Part shown: positions 12,697 through 26,822 of the stretch, in pieces
Layout: each line of letters begins with the position of its first letter
Numbering within the stretch: the first letter of the stretch is position 1
Source: Chrysomallon squamiferum
Taxonomy: Eukaryota; Animalia; Mollusca
Reading direction: 5' to 3'
Assembly (NCBI GenBank): GCA_012295275.1
Contig: CM022678.1
Location: 17,670,001-17,734,000, forward strand
DNA: 64,000 nucleotides
Translations under genes and position numbers: made by a program
Notes under the pieces: model-generated
What the model was told of the DNA's origin: nothing
Seen by the model: the letters and a program-made list of their open reading frames with translations, nothing else
The model's database searches: none

Positions 12697-15600
12697 ATTA
12701 CTGTTAGCGTTATAAAATATTATTTTAATAAGTTCTTAATAAGTTACATTAATTAAATTATTTTAATAATTTTAATGAAATTTATAATTTGTTATCATAG
12801 CAACATAATAGGTAGAAATTAAAATATCAAAAAGTAATGCTGAAAATGAGGAACAATAATTATGTAATATTAATCAATGAAATAAAACAGATACAAATTT
12901 TTGAGTGTTATGAGGAATAGACATAATACCAAATTTATCTTTGGTAGATGCATTAAAAAATAGCTAGTTGTACTAATTTTAAATAATGTATATATTTTGA
13001 ATTTTCTTTCTTAATTAACTGTTTTATTTTAAACTGTTTGTTTCCTAAAGATTCAAAGTTTTCTAAATAATAATAATAATAAAAAAAAAAATAATAATAA
13101 CCTGCACTATTTCCTTAAAAAGTTAATTTACAGGTTTTTTTTATACTTGTGGCCATTTTGTTATGAATGCTGTTTTTTATTTATTTAATAAATCTATTTA
13201 TTTATTTATTGTATATACTGATTCATTAAACATTTCAGAAGGGTTGTGTTATTAAATAACAATCATAATAATCATAATAGTAATAAAATATTATTTTTCT
13301 TGGAGCAGATTAATAACGTAATTTTCAAAACTCATCTGTATTAATACATGTATAAACTTGTTTAGAAACATAACAATTAATATATTTTGCAAATTCAGCA
13401 AATTAAAAAATATAACAGTAACCAACAATAAATTGTGTTTTTTTAAGGAAGTTCATATTGTTTTTTATCTCACTGCCTATTATAATCAGTCTGAAATGAT
13501 AATTATTACAATATGTCTGCTTTCTTGACAAAAAAAAATGCCTGCAACAACACTAATAATTAATATGGATAGTAATAATTACTATATTTTTAACACTAGT
13601 AAATTAATAATTAAGAGGTCAAAAAATAGCATGAAAAAAAACAAAAAAAAACAACAACTTTTCTTTATAGTAACATTTTAAATTAACAACAGTTATTATA
13701 TATCACCATAGAAACACTTTTACAAATATGTGTGCTTCTCAGAATTTTCCTTAATTAGTAAGTTAAACTTTGTACAGTCCAGTTCAAACAAGAACAAAAA
13801 TGTAGAAAGAGTAAAAAAATACTGAACAGTTGATATTTTACTGTTTCTGTTTTTACTCCAAGTTGACTCACGTCTGAATGATGAATCGCTTACAGCAGCC
13901 GACTTCCTGTTTGTAATTGAGTTGTGAAAAGTCTATTTTTTATTTTCTTACTCCTTTATTATTTTATTTTTTTAATAAAAGTTTTTCTTTTTTTTCTTCT
14001 CTTGGAAATTAGATTTCTGTTTCAACATTTTAACTGAGTTAGTGTGAAATGTGCATTTTTTTTCTTTCTTTTTCTTTTTCTTTTTTGTTAAAAAGAAAAA
14101 TTACCTTCTGCTTCCCTTCTCTCAAATATTAAATATCTGTTCAGTTGCATTGTATATAGAATATACAGTGGTACATTGGATTTTGTGGGTTCATATAGTA
14201 TATAGTGTTTGTATGTACATGTGTATGTGTGTGTGTCTTTTAGGTGTGTGGAAAGAATACTAATATTATCATCATGGTAATTGTGTGTATTGCTACTTAA
14301 ATAAATTTAATTATATTACTTATTTTTGTTTACAGTTGCTAAGGTTGCATTGTTTCAAACACTGCATTCAGCAGTTACTTACAAGAAAATATTTGCTAAA
14401 CATTACCTAATGATCTTCACTAAATAAGTAATAATAATGCATGATAAATCAATTTACTGTTGGTATATCTTGTCACAAACACTTTAAACTGTACAGCTTA
14501 ATCAGACTCTTCTCACATGTGTTGTTCGTAGCTATGGATACGGTATAAACATAATTACTGAAGTTGTTGTAGATATTTATCTAGCGTAACTGTTTATCTT
14601 CCACACCCTCAGTTCAAACAAACAGTGGCAACCATCGAGCTTTTCCTAAAGAGATTTTTGAAACTTGTTTGATGTGCAGTGTACCCCGTATTCAAGCAGT
14701 TAACTGAACTGTAAAGAAACCTTTGCTGTTCTTTGTTATTGTGTACAATATAACTTACATGATTATATACACACATGCACTGCATTTGTTAATTAAACTG
14801 TTAACATTATTGTCAAGAAATCTTTGTGTTTCTTTGAGCGGAAGATTAAACCTCTGACGTTGTTGATAGGTCTTAGTTATTATGTATAATACGAGATTTA
14901 CATACATATATATATATATATACATTATGTACATTTATTTTACTGATTAATTAAAATACAATTAACATTAATGTAAAGAATGCTTTAAATTTCTTTATTC
15001 TTATGTGTAGTATAAAATACATATATGCATATTTATAGCACTACTTAATTAAATTGCAATTAGCATTATTGTAAAAACTGCTATAAATTTATTTATTCTC
15101 ATGTGTAATGTAAGATATATATATACATATTTATAGCACTACTTAATTAAACTTCAGTTAACATTATTGTAAAGAAACCTTTGAAGGTCTGTTTTTTTTT
15201 GATGTACAGTATATAGTGATAAATATTTAATGCACTGGTTAATTAAACTGTTAATTTGATTGTAAAGAAACTTTTCTTGTTATGTACAATGTACAACATA
15301 AGAAATTTTGCACTTGTTAATTACACTTAAAATGTTTTTGTAAAGAAAGCTTTGAAGTTCTTTGCTTTTTATGTGCAATATAAGATGCATGTAGCTGTTA
15401 GCTGATGTAAAATTAGTGTTGTAAAGAAATCTTTTTGACAACAATGTTAACTACAGTAAAATATTTCATACATTATTAATGTGAAAAAACATTTCTGAGT
15501 AGCTTTGATGTTGATAATAAAATATTTCTTATGAATTATTCCTGAGGTTAATTAACCTTAATGTTAAAAAGAGATTCAATAACAAATTTTGATTTTGGCC

Positions 15601-16080
15601 TTAAATAAAAAAACACAAGAGGTTAATAACATGAAATTTTGATCAGTTATGGACAATCTCCGTTTTATTAAACATGTAAAATTTGAGAAAGTTTCAAAAC
15701 GTGTTTTTTGAGATATGAGATGTCAAAGGTCAGTGTATTTTTGGGTTGTTTTGGGGTTGTTTGTGTTTGTTTTGATATATCAGTATCAGTTTAAATACTT
15801 TCTGTTGAATCCCATGATCCTTATGAGCTGATAACAAGCATTAAATTGGTCTAACAGTTTTTTTTATATCTGAAAGTGAACTGCAGGTAAATACTGAGCT
15901 GTATTACTTTAATGTTACAGAACTGATAACCTTAGTGGAGAAGTTAATATTGATTGATGGTAGAAATGACTTTAGAATAATCTGATTTCAATGTTGTAAG
16001 TGTATTTATGTTAATATTGACCAATGGTAGAAATGTGAAAGTCAAATATAGATAAATCTGAAGAAATAAGACAGTCTTTT

Positions 16081-16118
<38 letters not shown>

Positions 16119-18450
16119 GAAACAGAAACACACTCATATTTCCATACATACATACACAATCACACACATATACACTTAACTATGAGCTCTCAAAATAAAA
16201 ATCAGGCAAATACAGGCACATTCATGTTTATTTATTTTTTTGTATAATGATATAACCAATAAAATGATAATATAAAATATATATACATACAGACACCCAC
16301 ACACTCCACACACAAAATCTCACCTTCATGGACACACACACACAAAATCTCTAATTGGCTTTATCTAAACCATTCCAATAATGAATTGCAAAAAAAAAAA
16401 AGAAAAAAAAATAGACTACAAATGTAGCCGCAGGCTGAAACATCTTTTAATAATTAAACACATTCAATTTTATCCATTCATGTTAGGCCACACCAAATTA
16501 CAATCACATTGTGCGGACTGGTTACAAGTACACTCGTACTTCTTCCTGCAGTGGTCATGGTTGGTTGGATGGCTGCAAGTGTAACACTTAATGGTTTCCT
16601 TGGAAAATGAATATACCACACTGGCTGAATTATTGATCAAATGTTTTCCAGCACACGATGGCTTCCAATAAATTGTTTCATTCAGTTTAATTACTTTTTT
16701 TCTTACCTGATGGCTTAATGAGTTTCTCCTTGGACACATTAAATGTTGATCAGAATAAATTAACTGGAAAGTGAAAGGTATTAATATTCCAGGCTTGAAG
16801 AAATTAATTTGTGTCGTAACTCAAGAGCAAAGGTTAAAATGAAAAATGGTCATTTTGGAAGTATGTAAGATGTAAGATATGTTTATATGGAGTTTTTATT
16901 ATTTTTTTATTTTTTTGTTTATTTTTATTATTTTTGTTAATTTTTTTTTATTTTTTGGCTCCATCTAGTCTTGTTGCTTGTAAACTGAACTTCAGAAGTT
17001 CTGGGATTCATAATATATGTTATATGTCATCTGTCTAGTTGTCATTTTATACTTACATTCATGCATCACTCACAGACATTGCATATGCAAATATATATAA
17101 ATTTGCTTTCCTCAGGCACATATACATATACAGATAAATACATGCATAAAATATACAGAAACACACACACACACTAATACATATATTCGTGCATATATAC
17201 ACACATACATACAAACAAACTCAGTTGTCAAATATATATAATAATACATGCATCTATAAATATTTGTATAAACTTGCTTACATCAGCAAAGGATGAGACA
17301 GGACATTGTAAATGAAAGCAGTGAAAGTTGATGGAGTTTGAAGAGTCATTCAGTTCAGAGAGATGTTTATGTTTTATTCATAGCAGCAAGCTTGAAGACT
17401 ACAGTCAGATACATCCCAGCTAGCACTCACAGTGCCAGATCAATTTTTACCTCCACCAGTCAATTGTTTATTCATACATTCTCTTTGTTCTCAGAAAAAA
17501 AAATGTTGTTTACCTATATTTTCTTTAATGTCAACCATCGATCAACATTTTTCCCTTTTAATTTAATATTTCACACACACACACATAGATGTATACAGTT
17601 TCGTGGCATGTTTTTTAAAACTTTTTTCTTTTCTTTCAGTTGTATGAATTTTAAAAACAAAATATGACATGATTTTTTCACATAGAGATGCATTACATGT
17701 TAAAGTTACACTAAATGACACTAAATAAGTCCAGTCATGTTACAGTTCACTTTGTCAGCCACATTGTACTGATTTATAACAGGAATAATTTCTGTCCTGT
17801 CATGTTTTCATCTGTCTAGACCCATGCACATATTTTATCTGGTTTTTTTTGTCATAATATAACATTGTCAATTGTTAATTTTTTTTTTTTCTGTTACATT
17901 AACCCAGTTCACATTATATACATCATTTTAAAAAAGTGTTTCAGTTTGTTATTTTTAATTTTTTTTTATTAATTTTATTTTATTATCTTTTTTTTTTTTT
18001 TTTTTTAATTTTTTTTTTTTTTTTTTTTTTTTATTTTTTTTTTTTTTTTTTTTTTATTTATTTATTTATTTATTTTTTTTTTTTAAATTTCTTTATTTAT
18101 TTCTTCATTATTTCAGCTCTTCAATTGTACCCTTGCAAAATCTGTGGACGAAAATTTGTCCAGGAATCTTTGGTAAGTACAAGTAATATCTTTACCCACA
18201 ACTGATTTATCAAACGCTGTTGTATGTTTTCAAGTCACTGGGTAGTATTTAATATTTCTAAAACATGTTGCTTTAAATAACTTGCCTCATTTTCGAAGCA
18301 TTAAATTTCAGTGATTATTAATCAAAATGTTTAAAGCAAAATTTATTATTATTATATTGTTAGTACAACAACTAAAACTATGTTACTACCACTGCTGCAA
18401 CTACTACTACCACTGCTACCATTGCCATTACTACTTCTATCACTACAACA

Positions 18451-18489
<39 letters not shown>

Positions 18490-21400
18490 TTTGTCATTAT
18501 TATTATTATTATTATTATTGCATTATTATTATTATTGTTATTGTTATTGTTATATTATTATTATTATTATTGTTATTATTATTGTATTATTATCATTATT
18601 GTTGTTATATTATTATTATTGTTATTATTGTATTGTTATTGTATTAATATCATTATTATATTATTGTTATTACAATTGTTATTATTGTTGTTATTATTGT
18701 TTTTATTATTATTGTTGTTATTATTATTGTTATTGTTATTGTTATTATTATTATTGTTATTGTTATTATTATTGTTATTATTGTTATGATTATTTAGGAC
18801 AAGCATGTGAAGGCCTGTGCGAAGGTCAGTAAACCGAGGAAAGTGTTTGACTCAGCAAAACAGCGAGTGACTGAAGACCTTCCACTGAGACAAATCAAAC
18901 AGGCACAGAAAAAGGTGTGTATGAGTTAGTCTGAGTTTCAGTGAGTTAGTTTGAGTTTCAGTGAGTTGAGATTGAGTATACATGAGTTTTAATGACTGAG
19001 TGTGTGTGTGTTTGTGTGTATATGAATTATAATGAATTTTAATGAGTTAACATTGAGTGCATATGAGTTTCAGTGAGTAAAGATTGAGTATATGGGAGCT
19101 TTAATGACTGAGAGTGTGTGTGTAAAATAATATGAGTTATAATGAATTAAGATTGAGTACATATGAGTTTTAGTGAGTTAAGATTGAGCATACGATGTTA
19201 ATATTGCATGAGTAAGATTAAGTATTTATGAGTTTCAGTGAGTTAAGATCTAGTATACAAAAAAATATTCAGAGATTTTAAATTAATGAATTAAGGCATT
19301 TGGGTATTTTAATAAAAGGATATGAGTTTAAATGAATGAATGTAAGTTTTATATATTTTTTCATGAGTGAATAAATTTATATCAGTTTTGTCTGAGTTCT
19401 AATGAATTATAACTTAATAAATATTCATGAGTTTGTGTGAGTTGGTGTATGTAAATGAGGTTGTTTATATAAATGGATAAATGGAGATAAATAAGGTTAT
19501 TAATGTAAATATGTTTATATGAGTTTATGAGTGTAAATGTGTTTGTTTATGTTTGTGTAGAGTGTAGACAGTTTTATGAGTTTAGAAGTAGACAGGTGTA
19601 TACAAGTTAATGGAGTAGATGAGTGTCTGAATTTATTTCAGTTTGTATGAACTGAAATGAGTTAATGTGATGTTCTGTTCAGTATTTGATTAAATTTACA
19701 GTTTGTGTGAGTTTTTAATGAGCTGTTTATATGCAGATTTGAGTCAATTATTATTAAAGATTGCAGACAATTGTACGAGTTTTGAGTAAATTAATATGAG
19801 TTATGTGAACCAGATTAAAATGGTTTTGTATGTTGACACTGCTTGTACAGAAAAAATAAATACAGTATGTAAAAGTAAATATTACAGATAATATTTAAAT
19901 TTTAATAAATTTATACTTGCAGGAATTCAGTATACAAATATCAGTAAAAGCAATAAAATATTTGATTTTGGTATAAATTAATCAAATTTATGTTACAGGC
20001 AAAAATTATACACATTTATTACATGTATTACAATTAAAAATTATTAGAATTTATTACAGGTACAAATTATTAGAATATATGTTACAGGTAAAAATGTATA
20101 GAATTTATATTACAGGTTAAAATGTTAGAATTTATGTTACAGGTTAAATTCATTCATGTTTATAATGTAGATATTAATTATTATATATATATAGATAGAT
20201 AGTTCTTACAAAACTAATATAAAAAAATGAATGAATTAATGTTTAATGACATCCCATCAAAAAAATATATATATCAGCTATTGGATGTTAGCATAAATAA
20301 AATTTATTGTAAAGGTAAAATTAGTTAGTATTAATGACATAGGTTAAAAAAAAAAATCTAAATGATTTGCAACAGGTAAAACAAATATTTAATGTTTAAT
20401 GTTTATAACTGATGTAAATTGTTAATGTTTGCATACAGTTGTTATACTTCATAACACAGACAAAATTTATTAATGCTTATCTTACAGGTAAAATTAGGTT
20501 AGTATTAATAGTTCAGGTAAAATTATTTCCATTTGTAATACAGGTGAAAATGATTGACGTTAGTAATATGGATAAAATGTATTAGTATTAACAGATAAAA
20601 ACTAATGAAAATTACAACGTAAATCATTAGTATTAACAGGTTAAAAATTGTTTGTATTAATAGATTAAACTGTTAGTATGTAGTCTGTAGAACAATAAAA
20701 TTATTATTCTATACTGACAGGTAAGAATTACTTTAGTAATTGAATAAAATTTACAAAACTTTCTCATGTTTATATTACAGGTAAAATTACATTAGTGTTA
20801 ATAGTAAGGTATAAATTATCAGTATTAATAATTAAAAGTTATAAGTATTATGAGAAAAAAAATCTGTTAAAGATTCAGGTATAAATTTTTAGTATTTACA
20901 TAACATAATAATTATTATTCCATATCAGACAGGTAAAAATTAGTGTCCAACATGAATTAATATTTAAACAGGAGTTTTCCGAATCTTGGCCGCATTTCAA
21001 GCACAGACACAAAAGAACATGTTTTTTTTCAAAACTGTGTGCTTTGTTTTAATGGCATTTTGATTTCAAATGTGTGTTTTTGAATTAATATTTAGAGTCC
21101 TTTTATTTAAAAAAATACTTAAAAACATTTCATTTCAGAATGATAAAAAAGATGTGAGTATAAAATTATTTGGCCCTGATGCACAAGACAATCTTTATCA
21201 GTTCTAGACTGCAAGGATTTTTTTCTATTTTAATGTTTCAAAAATGCATGTAATAGAAAGAAAAAAAGGCTGTTTGTATGTATGTATGAATATGTAAAGC
21301 ATGATCTTTAAAGACTGCATCCCTGAAAATGTTGTCTCACAGTTTTTTAATAGTTGTTAGGTGTCTCTGTTATTCACATAATTGTTATAATTATTATTAT

Positions 21401-24400
21401 TACTATTTTAAAGCACAGATATTGTTTGTTGTTAACAGGGAATGTATTCATTCATCTGTCACTCTGTTAATCCATTTGTTTTTCTGTCACTCACAATTCA
21501 TCACAACCAATCACAATTTGCATGAATCTTTTTTTCTCAAACTCAACAAAGGAGGTGGAAATTTTTGTGTTTTGCTTTTCAGCCAGAATAAAACACTGAA
21601 GTCTTCAGTGATGATTATTACAAATAACAAAGATGATAATTTAGTAATTAAATAGCTGTATTATGAATATAATCTTAGATCGATTTTAATAAACCTACCT
21701 GTATTTGTATCACAGTGTTAAAACAGATGAAAGTGGAAATATTAGTAAATGGATAATACAGAATTTAATATTTAATAATTATAATTATGACCTTTATAAA
21801 CATTTTTTATAAATAGGCAGGTCCTTCCCAGTGGTTTTAAGCAAATGTAAGTGGTGATAAGTGAATAGGTATATAACTTAATGTTTAATTAGTATAATTA
21901 AGATCTTTCTAAACATTCTTTTAGCAAAGGATTAAATAAATTTATATTTAAATTTTAATAAGTTTGCAGGAATTCAGTAAACAAATATCTGTAAAGTCAA
22001 TAAAATATTTGTAGTGATTTCTAGAAATAACTACTTGATTTTGGTGAATGGTTTAGTTATAAATATATTCTGTGTAGTACTTTTTATTAATACTTGAGAT
22101 ATTTTATTAAATTAATAAATTTATAATTAATTTAATGTGGCTGTTTATTCTGCATTTTTTTAAATTAATCTATAATTATATTAATTAGAATCAGACTGGG
22201 TTTTTGGGTGGGGGTGTTTTTTTTTTTGAGGTGGGTTTAACTAGGTGACCAGAAAAACCCCATTAAAATAATAATTATTATTATTATAAGAACTCTTCAG
22301 TTCCTTACTTGGTTGTCTCCTCTTGTCATTAACATAATGATTTAATTAATCGTTATATACATGCATGACTGAATACTAGTTTTCTTCGCTGCTTTGTGTA
22401 TCTTCTCTTTACCAATGGCTTTGGAAGAGTTTTACCTATTTTTTTTTTTTTTTTTTAACCTTAAAAATAACAAAATAATGCATGCATTCTGCTGTGTACC
22501 TTTTGGCATTTGGTTGTAGTGGACAGTGCTTTTGCTTAATTCTACTCCTACCAGAGGAGCTATAGACTAAACTCTTAATGAAAGGATTTTATAAATAGTT
22601 CTTAGGAGCGACTGTAGATAGATCTCTATAGAAGGCGATTTTGTAAATAGTTCTACTTAGCAGGAGGGGTGTAGGTGCCTCCTTAGAAGATGATACAGAA
22701 GACACTCCTTAGATAATGTAGATAGTTCTCTTAGGAGATGCAGTACATGGATATCTTTAGGGCATATTGTAGATAATTTTCTTTGGGAGATATAGATAGT
22801 TTACTTTGGGATGAGAGAGATTGTATATAAGTACCCTTTAACAAGAGAGGTTGTTAATTGTTTTTCTAAGGAGAAGAGAGAGTAGATAGTTCTGCTGAGG
22901 AGGAGATGTTGTAGATGGTTCTTCTTAAATGTAGATAGATCTCTTTAGGAGGAGAAATTGTAGATAGTTCTTAGAAGGAGCATTTTTAGTTTAAAACTTC
23001 TTAGGAGGAGAAATTACAGATAGTATTCCATAGGAAACAGATGTTAAAGATAGATTATTCCTTTGAAGCGATTTAAATTTAAAACTTCTTAGGAGGAGAA
23101 ATTACAGATAGTATTCCATAGAAAACAGATGTTAAAGATAGATTATTCCTTTGAAGAGATTTAAATTGTTAATGAGTCATCTTTAGCAGAAAAAAAATTA
23201 GAGATAAATTACAAAAGTATATGGGTAATATATTATTATATATGAAATTACATAGATGTATTGGAGAGAATGTTATTTATGAACTGCATGAAATTTTATT
23301 CATAAAATTATAAGGTGAAAACACAGGTAGATTCATATAGGTGAAAGGACATAAGTAAAAGGTGTATATAGGTGAAATTATTCTTGTGAAGTTGTTTGTA
23401 AGTAATGGCATATGTGGCTCATGTGTCACAGGTAAAATCTGTGTGCAGTGAAGTGGAACAGGTGAGATAAAATCAGACAGGTGAAACCTGGTTTAATTCT
23501 ATGTATGAGAAATGACACAGGTAAAACTGTAAATAGGTATAATGCTGATATAATGAAATAAAGTCAACTGTTTAAATGAAACAAAACAGGTAAAAATTGT
23601 GTATTGAAATGAAATAGGTGTAATTCTATATAGTGAAATGAAACAAGTAGAACTGTTTAAATGAACTAAAAAACAGGTAAAAATTAAGTATTGAAATGAA
23701 ACAGGTAAAGTTGTAGATAAATGAAATGATACAGGTACAATTACATCTTATAAAGAATAAGGTAAAAGATAAAAAAAAAAAAAGTTAAAAAAAAACACAA
23801 AAAAACCTGATCTTACAGGTGACCCAATAACACTAAATAAAAACAAAAAAAACAAGATGAAAACGTGAAAAAAACAAAAAAAAACATAACAAAATAAAAA
23901 ATTTAAATAATCAACACTGGATCATGGACCAGAAATCTTCAGATGATGAAAAAAAAGCAAAAAACAGCCTCAGTGAGAACATTTTTGTGTAAAACAAAGT
24001 TTTGTGTTTGACGTGAGTGATGTTCTCTCTCTTGTTCTCTGCAGGTTGTGTCAGCCCCGAAGAGCAACTGGCGCGCCAAGCATGAGGACTTCATAAACAG
24101 CATTCGCGCCGCCCGCGACATCACCAAGGCCCAGAGTGAGGGCCGCCCACTGCCCCCTCCCCCACCCCCCTCAATTAATCCAGGTAAGCTGAGACAGTTT
24201 TGATTTCGTTTGCGATACATAAACTGAACCGGGTAGAACTGGTTTCATTTTAGTGTTATATTTATATATTTTGTTAATGATGTATTTGTTGGTTTGTTTA
24301 TTTTTATTTTATTTATTTATTTATTAATTTATTTATTTACTATAATGGTAATATTAGCTAGCTCTTGTTTATTATTGTTACTTTATTATTAGTGGTAGTA

Positions 24401-24720
24401 GTAGTAGTAGTAGTAGTAGTAGAATTAGTATTATCAGCATTATCATCATCATGGTTACTATGATTGTTATTGTTATTACTATTATTGTTATTATTATCGT
24501 CATTGTCATTTTATTATAACTGTTATCATTAACATTGCTACTGTTATTATAATTATCATTATCATCATCATCATCACCATCTTCATCATCATCATCATCA
24601 TTATTATTATTATTATTATTATCATATATCATTATTATTATCATCATAATCATCATTATATACTATTATTATTATTATCATTATATCATTATTATTATCA
24701 TCACCATAATCATTATATAC

Positions 24721-24765
<45 letters not shown>

Positions 24766-26459
24766 ATTATTATTATCATATTATCATAATTATTATCATT
24801 ATTGTTGTTATTATTACTATTATTACTGATGTTATTACTGATGTTATTACTGATGTTGTTACTGGTGTTGTTACTGATGTTACTGATGTTGTTACTGTTA
24901 TTACTGATGTTACTGATGTTATTACTGTTATTACTGATGTTACTGATGTTGTTACTGATGTTGTTACTGATGTTGTTACTCTTACTGACAGACTATGTGC
25001 AGTGCCCGTACTGTTCTCGCCGGTTCAATGAGAAGGCGGCAGAGCGACACATCCCGTTCTGCAAGGAGCAGAGTCTGAAGAAAGGCACCATACCACGCCC
25101 CAACCCTGCCGCTGTTGCCAAGCAACAAATCAGGACGCAGGTTTGTTCCGTTTTCAGTTTGTAACATGACTAGTTGAAGACAAAGTCATTGAAACTTTAC
25201 AAGTTTATCACTGGTGATTAAAACAGAAGAAATCTAAATATATTGTACATATCTTGAAATTTAAGTTTTGTTGTTGTTGTTTTTTTGGGGGCATAGGGCT
25301 AATTTGTTCATTATTTTTAATATAAAAATGTATTGTTTGTCCAATCTTTATTAATGATAAAGTATAAAAAGAAAAGAGAACAGTTTAAAAAAAAGTTTGA
25401 TTATGTCGGGGTTTTTTTCTTCTATAGTTATTATATGATTGCAAAGAATGCAAACCAGTTTGATGTAACATTTTTTTTCTAGTGGCAGAAAACAAACACA
25501 GTTTTAATAACAAATAAACATTTCATTTCATTTCAAAAGAAAAATTAATTCTGTATGCTTATATTAACCTAAAATACTTTTAGTTGAGAAATTCTATCAA
25601 TTTTGACAATTTTAAATGCCAAATGTTCTTTAAACCTTTTCTTTTTTTTTTTCTACCCACACCAGTAATTAATTTAATATGAAAAATAGCAAGTGAATTA
25701 TGTGTAACAATTGTGGATTGGTTGTTAAATTTAATTTTGTGTTGATAATGTTTAGTCTGACTCTAAGGATGGAGTAAGTATTTTTAGATAGTTTTTGTTG
25801 TCAGAGAGCATAATACACTGAAAAAATCATCTTTCTTCTATTTATTTGTTTATTTATTTATTTATTTATTTCGGCTGTTATCACAACATTGTGGTGAAAT
25901 GCTTCTATGGGGTTTTATTTAGCAAAATGGCATTGGTTTTTTTAAGTTGCCATGACAACATTGTGTATGATCTGTTTAAATTTTACTTATTAATTACATA
26001 CATAATAATTTACAATCAGTTATAGGTAATGCTTAGTGTATTATATTTAGTTACCATAGCAATATCTGTAAAAGTTTTTTTGTTTCGTACATGTACTGTT
26101 ATTTTTATTTTATTTTATTTTATTATTTTTTTATTATTATTATTGTTATGCAGTGACACTGATTAAATAAGAATACTTAGGAATTTTGTTAAAATGCATG
26201 GATTAATTTTAGATACTGTGTATGTTGTTGATTCTAGGTGTTTTGTACACACTTTCACTTGTCACAACAGCTGATAGGTGTTTGTATATTTTTTCTTCTC
26301 AGCTAGTTTTAGTTTAGTTTTAAGGTTTGGTGAATCGTAGATATTTACATCATATTTTATGCATGTTGTCTACGCAATCAATGTTTATTAATTATCAGAT
26401 GCAGAAAGAATGTGTTGTGTGTGTGTGTGTTTATGTGTCTGTATGTTTGTATCTGTGTA

Positions 26460-26497
<38 letters not shown>

Positions 26498-26790
26498 TGA
26501 ATTTAAACATATGTACATACATTTAACATCTACGATGGATAATTATTGAACTATTTATTTCATTTTATTAATATACTTTTTTCTTCTTCTTCTTTTCTAG
26601 TTTTCTTTTCCAGCCTTCAAGTTTACTTACCTAATTGTTTTTAATTAATATAATTTAAAATATAAGACAGATCTCTATATTAAACAATTGTTTTTTGTTG
26701 TTTTTTTAATGTTACTTTATTTGTTCTGTGATAACCCAGACTTACTTGTATTTATCATTAAATATATTCATAGATAGATGGATAGGTATA

Positions 26791-26822
<32 letters not shown>

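Noticed and set aside
19923-21976. Duplicated 7-nt candidate microexon ttgcag|GAATTCA|gt
   Set aside because: Frame-shifting with weak donors; explained as part of a local direct repeat.
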